This document shows, piece after piece, positions 19,184 to 28,778 of a stretch of 64,000 nucleotides of DNA; the first letter of the stretch is position 1, and each line of letters starts with the position of its first letter. Source of the DNA: Candidatus Falkowbacteria bacterium (GTDB taxonomy: Bacteria; Patescibacteriota; Patescibacteriia; UBA11705); the NCBI GenBank assembly GCA_003518055.1, contig DOZJ01000004.1, positions 6,073 to 70,072 of the forward strand. The letters run 5' to 3'. The notes beneath the pieces are model-generated. The model had not been told where the DNA came from. It saw nothing but the letters and a program-made list of their open reading frames with translations, and ran no database searches. A program made the position numbers and the translations under genes.

Positions 19184-20743
19184 CTACAGGTCTTCTCGCA
19201 CCAAAACAATCTCAACTCGAGGTAGACCATACTGCCAATCTCGATATGATTGCCCAGCCTCCCGAATCAAAGGCTGCTCACCCCCAAGCCCATGAGCCAA
19301 ACACCGGTTAAAATCAACATTGTGAGTCACATTCAAATACTGAACCACTGACTCGGCTCGTTCCTGAGACAGCTGCTTGTTGGCCGTAGGGTCGCCTTCA
19401 TTGCTGGTATGCCCCACCACCTTGATCCGATACTGAGGAAAATGCTTCAGCTTCTGCATCAATTTGTCGAGCTCTTCTTTGCCCTCAGTACTCAGCTGGA
19501 ACGTGCCGCTTTGAAATACAATCGGCTGAATTTTCAACGTCCCAACCGGCTGGAGCTTGGCCCAATTTTCCGCTGCCAGAGGTTCAAATTTCATCCCCTG
19601 CGTCAACATCGCTTCCGCGACCGTCGTCGGGGTCTTAACCCCACTATACCCAGCGTATAGATCCTGCAACACTCCACTATAAATAATCTTATAAGGATCC
19701 TCATCCGGCAATGGACTGGCCTTAAAATCATCATTATCAATCAACACATTAACCGTTGATTCAATCACTTCAACCAACACTTCATTCGAATCCTCACCTG
19801 GAGCTGAAATTCCAAACCACTTGGTGCAATTCTGAGACATCGACGGCCAATCCACACCGTCAACCATATCCCTTACTCGCTTCCGATCTGATTTGGTTTC
19901 CGCTTCCAATTCCTTGAACCACTCTTCTTCATTATCCCGATACCACTTTAGCGCTCGGAAATAATTGGACAGGAACAATTTCACTTCCTTTGGATTCTTC
20001 TTGAGAAAATCTCGACTCACCACCAAAATATCAACCACATACCTTTCAGTTTCTTTGGTGCTGAAAATCTTTACCACTCCGGGCTGCTCTAGGGCGCGAG
20101 AAACATCAGGCTCCCAAAGCACCGCCACGTCCGCCTGACCGGAAAGCAGCTTTTGCAGCGCTTCTTCCGATCCCTTGGTTTCAATTCTCATGCCGGTCAA
20201 ACCAGATGGCAAAAGTTCATTCAAATTAAAGTGCGACTTGAGCGCCTTGAGCAGGTAATGACTCGGCGAATCCGGTGTAAAAGCTACGCGTACGCTCTTG
20301 CCGCGAAAATCATCCAGTGATTTTCCCGCTTTTTCCAAAGCTACGACCGCGTCGCCGCCATTTGATTCATCAATCACCGTCACCACCACTCCCGGATAAT
20401 TATGCTTGGCCGCGTTCAGAATATAAGAATCAACCGTCACGACCGCAAAATCAATCTCACCGTCATTCAGCTGTTTCATCCGAGCGTGATAATCAGCCGC
20501 GTCATCAATTACTTTAACTTCCCAGCCGGCCTGACGCATCCGCTTCTTAAATTCCTTGGATCTGAATGGAAAATATCCAACCCAGTTATCAAGGGCGATA
20601 GTAATCTTTCCTTCGACATCCTTGGCATCACTGGTTTCAACCACTTCCGCTTCATCCAACACCGGCTTGGTAAATTTCCACACCAACATCGCAACCACAG
20701 CAACCAACACCAGCAATCCAGCGCCGATCAGCTTCTTATTCAC
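19184..20743 (-). CDS. NMT1/SsuA-like binding domain fused to C-terminal OmpA-like peptidoglycan-binding domain
   Basis: DNWVGY, IDESNGGD, SPSHYLL, LWEPDVS; OmpA motif VGHT...NKQLSQERAESV...PRVEI; GTG start with AGGAGG. Confidence 0.85.
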   Translation of the reverse strand: MNKKLIGAGLLVLVAVVAMLVWKFTKPVLDEAEVVETSDAKDVEGKITIALDNWVGYFPFRSKEFKKRMRQAGWEVKVIDDAADYHARMKQLNDGEIDFAVVTVDSYILNAAKHNYPGVVVTVIDESNGGDAVVALEKAGKSLDDFRGKSVRVAFTPDSPSHYLLKALKSHFNLNELLPSGLTGMRIETKGSEEALQKLLSGQADVAVLWEPDVSRALEQPGVVKIFSTKETERYVVDILVVSRDFLKKNPKEVKLFLSNYFRALKWYRDNEEEWFKELEAETKSDRKRVRDMVDGVDWPSMSQNCTKWFGISAPGEDSNEVLVEVIESTVNVLIDNDDFKASPLPDEDPYKIIYSGVLQDLYAGYSGVKTPTTVAEAMLTQGMKFEPLAAENWAKLQPVGTLKIQPIVFQSGTFQLSTEGKEELDKLMQKLKHFPQYRIKVVGHTSNEGDPTANKQLSQERAESVVQYLNVTHNVDFNRCLAHGLGGEQPLIREAGQSYRDWQYGLPRVEIVLVREDL

Positions 20744-20863
20744 ATTTACCTCCTGTGGTTTTGGGTCTCGGCTTTAGACTGAATAATGTAATTGGGACTG
20801 CCGACGAGTTTCACCTCGCCGGCAGCAGAACCGCCGCGCAATTTGGCTGCGATTCAAAAAAAC

Positions 20864-21700
20864 TTACTTCTCAAACTCCGTCACAACGAACTCCTCCGAT
20901 TCAGCCAACACGCCCTTCAGCGCTTCAGCCAATTCCTCGGGTGAATTCGCTTCCTTGTAAATAGTCGTATTCGGCTGATTCAACGTATGACGGTTTCCAA
21001 TGCAAAAACCAATCGTATAAATCACCACCGGCGACTCGGACGTAATCTGGGTTACCAAATGATGCAAAGAATATTCATCATTGGCGATACCATCAGTTAC
21101 CACGACAATCATATATTCACCGTAGCCAAGCTGTTTGACCGCTTCCTTGTTAATCGCCTGATAAGCCAAGTGCAGCGCTTCGGTCAGCGGTGTCCCACCT
21201 CCATCACGAGCACTATTGACCTCAACAATAAACTTTTCTCGATTATTCAACCCCAGAGATACCAGCTGCCGTGGATCAGAACGCTGATCGAACAGCACAA
21301 AACCCAAATTGGCATCAGCTGGTACACTCCGAGAAAAAGCCTCAATCGCGCGTTTGGCAACAGTCAACTTACTCTCAGAACTTGAACATCCTCTCTCAGC
21401 CATACTACCTGAACTATCAAGGATAACCAAGTAATTCTTCGTCGTCCAAAGTTCGCTCGGCGAGACTTCCCGATTATCAACCGGCGCGAACGGCCAAGCC
21501 GTTTCCCGCGTTGGATTCACCACCGGAGCCACCGGCTCAACCGGCTGCGGTTCCGCCCGATAAGGCGCCGAGGCCGGTGAAGGAGATGGACTCGAACTAT
21601 GCGGAGCGTAATACTCCTGCTTCTTCCTGCAACCAAGTACCGCCAAACCAATAACCACCATCGACCACAAAGTAATCTTGATTGTGTTATTCATCGTCAT
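20864..21700 (-). CDS. von Willebrand factor A domain lipoprotein
   Basis: Lipobox VLGC; MIDAS DSSGS, GGTPL, VTDG. Confidence 0.88.
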   Translation of the reverse strand: MTMNNTIKITLWSMVVIGLAVLGCRKKQEYYAPHSSSPSPSPASAPYRAEPQPVEPVAPVVNPTRETAWPFAPVDNREVSPSELWTTKNYLVILDSSGSMAERGCSSSESKLTVAKRAIEAFSRSVPADANLGFVLFDQRSDPRQLVSLGLNNREKFIVEVNSARDGGGTPLTEALHLAYQAINKEAVKQLGYGEYMIVVVTDGIANDEYSLHHLVTQITSESPVVIYTIGFCIGNRHTLNQPNTTIYKEANSPEELAEALKGVLAESEEFVVTEFEK

Positions 21701-21712
21701 TGGTCACCTCCC

Positions 21713-23410
21713 TCAGAGCGGCTTAAAGGCTGAAGCCTCAGCCTCCATGGAGATTAGGCGAAAATCCACCCGCATATTCTCCCGCCACTGCTGCTCCGTC
21801 TTGGGAGCGCAGGGATCGGCTCCGCACATACCGCTCCGCGGCTGCTCGAAGCCATGACCAACAACCGTAAACTGCGTCGGATCAAGCGTGACACCCTTGG
21901 ACGCGGCGTACTGAATAATCGAATCGCGAACAGTCATTGATCGCTGAACTGTAAGGCTCTTGGCAACCTGCCGCACCTGAGTCAGAATGACCTGTGGATC
22001 TCCGGCCTTCTTCTTGCGCAGATACCCCATCGGATCAGCATTCCCTTCAATAACAATCACCGCGCCGCCCAAAACTGCCGCCTGTGCAATGATCTGATCG
22101 TATTCATCCTGATAACGAGCAGCGGAAAAATCAATCTGGTTGGGCTCAAAGAAAATCGAACTGGTCGGGAGAATCTGATCAGAATCCAAAGTTCCGGTCC
22201 GCAATCGCGTGTCCACGACCGCTGCCACCCGTTCCTCATCGAAGAGCGGCTTTTCAGCCAGAATCTGCAGCTTGGCGCCGGAGCCCATCAACGAGTAGTC
22301 CCATTCGGCATGAGTGAGTGCTACCGTCGCGGCCATCAGTCCGAGGTCGCGGAAAGCCGACTGAATGTCAGCCACCACTTCCCGGAAACTGCGCCGAGCA
22401 CCCGCGCCGGAAAAAAACCTCTGATTTTCACCAATGTCGGAGAAAGTGCAGTCAGCATACATCGCCCCCGCGTCTTCCACCGCCTTGTCACTTCCGAGAA
22501 TAATCTTGGCAAACGCCTTGACCAGATCTCGGTATTCCTGCTTGCCCGCCTTGACCACGGCCGCCATATCCTGGCCAGCCCTGAGCATGGTCTGAGCAAA
22601 CGCGTAAACAGTTTCCTTGTGCGCGTTGAAGTAATCGCTTCTAACCGCAAACACATCGAAAATCACATGGTCAGCACTCTTGGTCGACAACAGAATACGC
22701 GCGCCCTTGACCGAACCCTCGGCACCGGTTCCAACCGTGCCGTTGCTCGACAGAGCCAGCGCGTCCGGGATAATGGCAAACGCCACATCAGCCTGACCGC
22801 GCCTGAGCGCCTCAGCCGCCGTCTTGTCCGAAGCCGTAAGGTCATCAGTCCAAACCAGCTTGACATCAGAAACACTGAGATTCACTGACTTGAGAATGCG
22901 CCAGAGATAGTACATATGCGGACCATAGGCCTGCAGCGCCACGCGCTTGCCCTTGAAATCCGCCGCCGTCTTGATGCCTTCGGTCACGACCACAGCGTCA
23001 CCGCCGGTTGACCGAGTCAGAAGCAGCACTACCACGGGCTGCACCCGAGGATCGCTCTTCGTCGCCTCTGTCACCGCGTTGATCATGTCGAGCGTGCCGC
23101 GCAGATATGGCGTCTTGCCGGACATATAATCCTTGAACTGCTGTCGGAAATCGTCCTGCAGCGTGATATCAAAACACAGCCCCGCCTGAGCAAAAAGAGA
23201 GCCGGACTTGGTCCGCTTCTCATTGCCATTGGCAAAAACCGTTTCATATTCACCACCCCAGGTAATCACCGGCAGCTGCACACAATCACTTGGAGTCACC
23301 TCTCCGACTGACACATGAACATCCTGCCAAATCGGCTTGAGCTGCTGAGCTGAAACCTGATTCGACACCAACGTCACCGCCAAAATCGCCCACAGACACC
23401 ACCTTCTCAT
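21713..23410 (-). CDS. Second substrate-binding-domain / OmpA-like fusion
   Basis: Signal peptide after SD AGGAGG; STGGDA, GPH; C-terminal IEGNAD...RENMRVDF. Confidence 0.8.
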   Translation of the reverse strand: MRRWCLWAILAVTLVSNQVSAQQLKPIWQDVHVSVGEVTPSDCVQLPVITWGGEYETVFANGNEKRTKSGSLFAQAGLCFDITLQDDFRQQFKDYMSGKTPYLRGTLDMINAVTEATKSDPRVQPVVVLLLTRSTGGDAVVVTEGIKTAADFKGKRVALQAYGPHMYYLWRILKSVNLSVSDVKLVWTDDLTASDKTAAEALRRGQADVAFAIIPDALALSSNGTVGTGAEGSVKGARILLSTKSADHVIFDVFAVRSDYFNAHKETVYAFAQTMLRAGQDMAAVVKAGKQEYRDLVKAFAKIILGSDKAVEDAGAMYADCTFSDIGENQRFFSGAGARRSFREVVADIQSAFRDLGLMAATVALTHAEWDYSLMGSGAKLQILAEKPLFDEERVAAVVDTRLRTGTLDSDQILPTSSIFFEPNQIDFSAARYQDEYDQIIAQAAVLGGAVIVIEGNADPMGYLRKKKAGDPQVILTQVRQVAKSLTVQRSMTVRDSIIQYAASKGVTLDPTQFTVVGHGFEQPRSGMCGADPCAPKTEQQWRENMRVDFRLISMEAEASAFKPL

Positions 23411-23568
23411 GTCTCCCTCCTGCCCCACCCGGGGCTTCTGTGGTGAAGGTCAAAACTCCAAAAATTTTTCTTGATCTATTTCCATTGTCAAGGCACAAAA
23501 TAACCTCTTAAATTACTACAAAAATATAAATTTGTCAACACCCCAACCTTTTTACCCTAAAAATACAA

Positions 23569-23593
23569 AAAAAATGGTTCCAACACCATTTTT
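23569..23593 (-). terminator. Intrinsic terminator
   Basis: AAAAATGG-TGTTGGAA-CCATTTTT followed by further Ts on the minus strand. Confidence 0.55.
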
Positions 23594-23831
23594 CTTCCCC
23601 TTGCTGCGAGGCGTACGTAGTAACGCCGTGGCAGCCTCCACCCGGTTTCAAGATTTAGCTCAAAGTAGTAACGACGCCTGCCCGCCTTTGGCGGGAAGCA
23701 GCCTCCAATCAGCTGCCAGACGCGGCAACCCTCAATAGCCGTCAAATGTAGCTGCCCCCATTCAACGTTGCAGTTAACTTTTATCCCTCCCCCGAAAAAA
23801 CATTTTTTTCTTGTCTTTAATCACTTGCCGT

Positions 23832-24521
23832 TCACATCTTCTCAATATAAATTTCATCAAATAAATTTCCTTGTTTAACCGTCAAATGTTTTTGTTTCAC
23901 CAGCTCCAACATCGCCAAAAAGCTCATGATCACCTCGGTTCGCGATTCAGCCTGATCAAACAATTCCTTGAAACTCAAATTTTTTCTGGTTAAAAGCAAT
24001 TCTTTCAAATGCAAAATTTTCTGCTGCAGACTGACAGCCCGATCAATCATCTGCTTCGGCATTCTGACCAACGGATCCAATCTCTTTAACACCTGAATCA
24101 ATACTGATTTTAAATTATTGGTGGTAATATTTTCCGCCGGTGAAAAATCCACCTGCAAATCAATTTTGGTTTTTTCCCGCGAATACAAAAATTTTTCTTG
24201 TTTCAAAATCTGCTCCACCTTTTTCGTTGCTTCCAAAAATTCTTTATAAATCCTTAACTGCTTTTCCAGACTGTCAAAATCTTCTTCATCATCAATAACC
24301 GGTAATATCGCTTTTGATTTCAAATACAAAAGCCTGGCCGCGACCACCAAAAAATCTGACAACTCTTCAGGGTCTCGTTCACTCAATTTTTCCGTGTATC
24401 CGATAAACTGATCAGTCACCTGACTCAAAGACACTTCAGTTATTTCCAGTTTTTGCTGTTCGATTAACTGAAGCAGCAAATCCATCGGACCAGCGAATTT
24501 ATCAATTTTAATTTTATACAT
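23832..24521 (-). CDS. scpA: SMC-Scp complex subunit ScpA
   Basis: FAGPMDLLLQLI, VTDQF, FLVVAARLLYLKSK, FLAMLEL. Confidence 0.95.
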   Translation of the reverse strand: MYKIKIDKFAGPMDLLLQLIEQQKLEITEVSLSQVTDQFIGYTEKLSERDPEELSDFLVVAARLLYLKSKAILPVIDDEEDFDSLEKQLRIYKEFLEATKKVEQILKQEKFLYSREKTKIDLQVDFSPAENITTNNLKSVLIQVLKRLDPLVRMPKQMIDRAVSLQQKILHLKELLLTRKNLSFKELFDQAESRTEVIMSFLAMLELVKQKHLTVKQGNLFDEIYIEKM

Positions 24522-24586
24522 AATATATAAACACAAAAATTCCAATTACGTCGCGCTCCCAAACCTAATTATGAATTACGGCCTCT

Positions 24587-26017
24587 CTACTCATTCAACT
24601 TAAACCCCCGGCTCTGACTTTCTTCCCAGCCGGCCGAAGTCATTAAAATAAATTCTGCGTTAATCTGCATTTCTTTGATGTTGTGCGCGCCGCAATAGCT
24701 GATCCCGCTGCGCAAACCCTTCACCATTGGCGCGATAATTTCAGATACAGGTCCCTTATATTCTACCAAATTAGTCACCCCCTCGACAAATATATCCAAT
24801 TTCTTTTTGTGTTTTTTTCCATCCAAATTTTCCCGCCTCTCATGATTATTGTCATAACTTGCGCTCCCCATGTATCGTTTGAACCGCTGCCCGTTTCGAT
24901 AGACGATTATCCCCGGCGTTTCATCCGTCCCCGAAAAAATTGATCCACAGTATCCGGTACTGGCCCCAGCCGCGATCGCCTTTGACAAATCACCCGGATA
25001 TTTAATTCCGCCGTCAGCGCTGACCGGAATATTATATTGATTGGCGATTTTTCCCACATCCATGATCGCCGTCAGCTGTGGCACGCCGGCGCCGGATATG
25101 ATTCTCGTCGTACAAACCGGCGACGGTCCAATCCCGACCTTCAACCCATCGGCTCCGGCCAAAATCAAATCACGAGCCGCGTCCGCAGTTGCGATATTGC
25201 CAACCATAACGTCAACATTTACAAATTGCGTTTTCAACTCTCGCAGCCGTCTAATCACCAAATCAGAATGAGCGTGAGCAATATCCAAAACCAAAACATC
25301 GACGCCGGCCTGAATCAATGCTTTGCCCCGCTCTATACAATCCTTGACCCCAACCGCTCCGGCCACCATCAGCCGCCCCTTTGCGTCTCGGCTGGCTGAC
25401 GGCCACGATTCCAGCTTTGAAATATCTTTGGATGTAATCAAGCCTTTGAGTTCGCCGTCAACCATCAAAGGCAACTTTTCAATTCGGTTCTTTTTCAAAA
25501 TCATTTTCGCTTCTTCCAGCTTTATCCCGGGTTTTGAAGTTATCAACTTTTCTTTCGGCGTCATCAAATCCTTGACCTTGCGTTTATTATCTTCTTCAAA
25601 TATATAATCTCTGGCCGTCAATATTCCCTGCACTTTATTTTCCATTACCACAATCAAACTGGTCACGCCCTCTCCGGTCATAAATGCCATGGCCTCGCCG
25701 ATTTCCATTTCCGGCGCGCAAGTCACCGGTTTTTCTATCATATAACTCGTGCTTTTCTTTACTTTTCGCACTTCATCCACCTGATCATCGATTGAACCGA
25801 ACTGATGGACCACGCCCAAACCACCTTCTCGCGCCATGGCAATCGCCATTTCATGTTCAGTCACCGTGGCCATATTCGAGCTTACCAACGGAATATTCAA
25901 TTCAACATTTCGGGTAAACTTTGTTCGAACATCAGCCTCACCTCGTGACGACAACGGTGTTTTTTTTGGCACAAGTAAAACATCAGCATAGGTATATCCT
26001 GTGCGAAATTTTTCCAT
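24587..26017 (-). CDS. guaB: IMPDH/GMP reductase family protein with CBS pair
   Basis: [26 protein letters not shown] domains, [16 protein letters not shown]; catalytic direction uncertain. Confidence 0.85.
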   Translation of the reverse strand: MEKFRTGYTYADVLLVPKKTPLSSRGEADVRTKFTRNVELNIPLVSSNMATVTEHEMAIAMAREGGLGVVHQFGSIDDQVDEVRKVKKSTSYMIEKPVTCAPEMEIGEAMAFMTGEGVTSLIVVMENKVQGILTARDYIFEEDNKRKVKDLMTPKEKLITSKPGIKLEEAKMILKKNRIEKLPLMVDGELKGLITSKDISKLESWPSASRDAKGRLMVAGAVGVKDCIERGKALIQAGVDVLVLDIAHAHSDLVIRRLRELKTQFVNVDVMVGNIATADAARDLILAGADGLKVGIGPSPVCTTRIISGAGVPQLTAIMDVGKIANQYNIPVSADGGIKYPGDLSKAIAAGASTGYCGSIFSGTDETPGIIVYRNGQRFKRYMGSASYDNNHERRENLDGKKHKKKLDIFVEGVTNLVEYKGPVSEIIAPMVKGLRSGISYCGAHNIKEMQINAEFILMTSAGWEESQSRGFKLNE

Positions 26018-26024
26018 ATATATT

Positions 26025-26987
26025 TTAGGTTAAATGTAATTTTGTAATAATCTCAGTAAACACTTTTGCGGCTTTGTCATAGCCTTCCAGAATCGGAATC
26101 GCGCCCACATCCTCATGCCCCCCGCCGCCATATTCCTTGGCTATCGCTCCCATATCATACGTATTTTTCGCCACTCCCTTGAACCAAGGATTAAAGTTCA
26201 GCTTGATCGAACAGGAATCTTCTTGATCAATCAAACCAAACCAATATTTACTTTGGGGATAAACCACCGCCGGCAAATACCGAAAATATTCTTGTCCATG
26301 GAAATCAAAAATTACCGTTTGACCAACCACACGACTGACCGTTTTAAACTCCGCCAGACTTTTCCGCACCCTAGGCTTCAAATCTGCAATTATTTTTTTT
26401 ACATCTCTCTGCCGGGCTACCGCTTCCAGCCTCCAATCAAATCGATCAGCCCATTTCATCGACTCCAAATCATCCAATATCGTATCGATGATTGCACTAT
26501 CCTCCTCAATCGCTCTAGTCACTCGCAAAAAACCTTTTTCAGGTAAAATATATTCCATTGGATCAATCCCATATCCGGCATAATCAGCTGAGTCAACAAT
26601 TTCACTTTGTCTCACAAACCTCCGGACTCGAGACAACTTCACGCCGCGTTCTTCCGCCAAACGCAAAACCAAACTAGTGCAGGCTTTAGCTGTTTTATCA
26701 AATATACAATATTTCAATCCAGAAAGATCACAATCAACTTTGTGCGTTTCATGATGATCAATATAACCCAAAGCATCCGGATGATATTGAAAATCAATTA
26801 TTACAAACGGTCGTTTAAATGGGTACTCCCGCCAATTTTCTTTTACCGACGCGTCATATTTCAAATATCCACCATACTCAGGATTATAACCATCAGCTTC
26901 GAGCACTTTTTTCATTAAAAAAGCCGAAGTCACTCCGTCTAAATCAGCATGGAAATAGATATAAACTGTTTGTTTTTTTACTGTCAT
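26025..26987 (-). CDS. DHH/DHHA1 family phosphoesterase
   Basis: HADLDG, IDHH, GGGGH. Confidence 0.85.
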   Translation of the reverse strand: MTVKKQTVYIYFHADLDGVTSAFLMKKVLEADGYNPEYGGYLKYDASVKENWREYPFKRPFVIIDFQYHPDALGYIDHHETHKVDCDLSGLKYCIFDKTAKACTSLVLRLAEERGVKLSRVRRFVRQSEIVDSADYAGYGIDPMEYILPEKGFLRVTRAIEEDSAIIDTILDDLESMKWADRFDWRLEAVARQRDVKKIIADLKPRVRKSLAEFKTVSRVVGQTVIFDFHGQEYFRYLPAVVYPQSKYWFGLIDQEDSCSIKLNFNPWFKGVAKNTYDMGAIAKEYGGGGHEDVGAIPILEGYDKAAKVFTEIITKLHLT

Positions 26988-27079
26988 TTGTGTTTATGTT
27001 AACCATTCATTTCCCAAAATATATTCCCCAAACCCATATTTTAGTATATAATAAAACCAATCAAAATCAAACTAACACT

Positions 27080-27574
27080 ATGGCTAAACTTCTAAAAAAT
27101 TATCAATCGGCCTCAAACAGTTCTACCGTCATTATTTTTGTCGCGGTCATTCTATTCCTCTTCAGCGGTATTGCCTTGATTGCCAACCTGATCCACCGCC
27201 AAAACATCAATAACTTTGAGCAACTGGGTCAAATCTATTCCGGCCCGATTACCGACAATTACTATTTTGAAGCTCCTGAATATGGGACAAAATACGGCAA
27301 AACCCGAACCAAATTCATGATTTGCTTCAAACCCGAGACACCACCTGAAAATGTTGATCTTCTATGTTCCACCGAATTTGTGTCCAAATCTTTTGCCGCC
27401 AAATATCCCATCGGGTCACCTATTTCCGCCTATTATCGCTCTGACATCAATGACCTTCTACTTATTCCGGCCATTGAACACTGGCGGAACAACTGGTTCT
27501 TCCAGACATTATTCCCGGGAATTTTCATCCTCGGTCTGTTGATGTTTATTTACGTAAAATTTTTCAAAAAATAA
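27080..27574 (+). CDS. Hypothetical 2-TM membrane protein (DUF3592-like architecture)
   Basis: TM-beta domain-TM; ATG 27080 avoids overlap with the divergent DHH gene. Confidence 0.65.
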   Translation: MAKLLKNYQSASNSSTVIIFVAVILFLFSGIALIANLIHRQNINNFEQLGQIYSGPITDNYYFEAPEYGTKYGKTRTKFMICFKPETPPENVDLLCSTEFVSKSFAAKYPIGSPISAYYRSDINDLLLIPAIEHWRNNWFFQTLFPGIFILGLLMFIYVKFFKK

Positions 27575-27579
27575 CCCCC

Positions 27580-27607
27580 AAAAAAAACCGCGCCACGCGG
27601 TTTTTTT
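27580..27607. terminator. Bidirectional terminator
   Basis: A run-CCGCG-CCA-CGCGG-T run between convergent genes. Confidence 0.8.
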
Positions 27608-28367
27608 ATTTCCAAATCAAATCAAACCGCGTTCCAGTCCATTTTAATGCCGCGAAATCAGTATCAGACACCAAATCATAAATATTAATTCTGGTTCCAA
27701 ATCTCGGAATCTCATACAAAAAATTATAAATGTCAGCATCATAATTGAAATCACGGCCGAATTTTTCCTTGTATTTTTCCGTAAATTTATTATACATCTC
27801 CCCGCTGTCGATTTGAGGAAAAACCGCATCACTCACATCAATCCATTCACCATCAACATACTCCAAGAAAACCAAATCCTGATGACACAGTGGTCCGCAT
27901 CCAACCGTACTTGAAGCCACCACCGCGCCGCCGCTGGTTTTCAAAAAAACCGCTGTCACCGATACAATATCCGCCGCCAACTCCATAAAATAATTATCCT
28001 CATCAATCAACAAACGTTCGTATTGCGAAATTTGTTTTATATCATAATTGCCCAACGGTTTGTATTCATCCGGCAAGGAATTATACACCTCAACCACATC
28101 CCAGTTATTAAACGGGCCGGGAGTTGATGTTTTTTCCGACTTTTCACCGGTTTTACTCTCACCACCATCCCCATCCACCTCTGCTGATGAGCTTTTTGGA
28201 TTCAATTGTTCATCTTGGTCGATTTCATCATTTTCATTCACATTTGACCCCAACCTCAAATTCTCCACTGACAGAATCGGGCTTTCTTTTACCGGCGCGA
28301 AAAAATAAAAAACCGCGGTCGTTATCAATATAATCATTATCCCCGCGATTACGATTTTAAATTTCAT
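27606..28367 (-). CDS. Hypothetical membrane-anchored exported protein
   Basis: N-terminal TM, acidic linker, CGPLC, YEIPRFGT, C-terminal W..F. Confidence 0.7.
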   Translation of the reverse strand: MKFKIVIAGIMIILITTAVFYFFAPVKESPILSVENLRLGSNVNENDEIDQDEQLNPKSSSAEVDGDGGESKTGEKSEKTSTPGPFNNWDVVEVYNSLPDEYKPLGNYDIKQISQYERLLIDEDNYFMELAADIVSVTAVFLKTSGGAVVASSTVGCGPLCHQDLVFLEYVDGEWIDVSDAVFPQIDSGEMYNKFTEKYKEKFGRDFNYDADIYNFLYEIPRFGTRINIYDLVSDTDFAALKWTGTRFDLIWK

Positions 28368-28371
28368 AATT

Positions 28372-28668
28372 TTATTTTAATGGTAACCTTTTTTGTTCTC
28401 CCAGCAGTTTCAAAGATTCTTTTTGCCCTCGACCGGTTAATTTTACCTGTTCGATAAACCATTTATGCGGCGTTCTGCGACCGTAACCGATCAACAATTC
28501 CTTGTCGATCAAACTTTCCAGCGATCCGGTAATAATTTTCTGCCGCGCTTCTTTTTTTATTTTCACATTCCCCTTGTAAAATTCAACAAAAACTTTCCGC
28601 AGTGTTTTTTGCCCCGCTTTTTCCAAGCATTTCAGCAAAATAAATTTTTGCAAAGAGGAAAGTCTCAT
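28372..28668 (-). CDS. Small basic hypothetical protein, winged-helix-like
   Basis: LSSLQKFIL...SLESLIDKELL...LTGRG pattern. Confidence 0.6.
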   Translation of the reverse strand: MRLSSLQKFILLKCLEKAGQKTLRKVFVEFYKGNVKIKKEARQKIITGSLESLIDKELLIGYGRRTPHKWFIEQVKLTGRGQKESLKLLGEQKRLPLK

Positions 28669-28778
28669 ATTTTTCTTATCCGGCTAAATTTATTTCAGCA
28701 TCTCCCCTCATCAGCTTGTCTTGCTGCCATTCTACCCCAAATTCATTTAGATTCGATTCAGTTTTATTCCCCGTCAAG

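Noticed and set aside
23595-23765. tmRNA, SRP RNA or guanidine riboswitch
   Set aside because: GGGGGC...TTTGAC resembles a tmRNA start but there is no T-arm/CCA end or tag. GGAAGCAGC lacks the SRP CAGG partner. No ykkC or mini-ykkC consensus is visible.
26819-27079. N-terminal extension of the 251-aa ORF
   Set aside because: Overlaps the divergent DHH gene and intergenic AT-rich DNA; ATG 27080 is more plausible.
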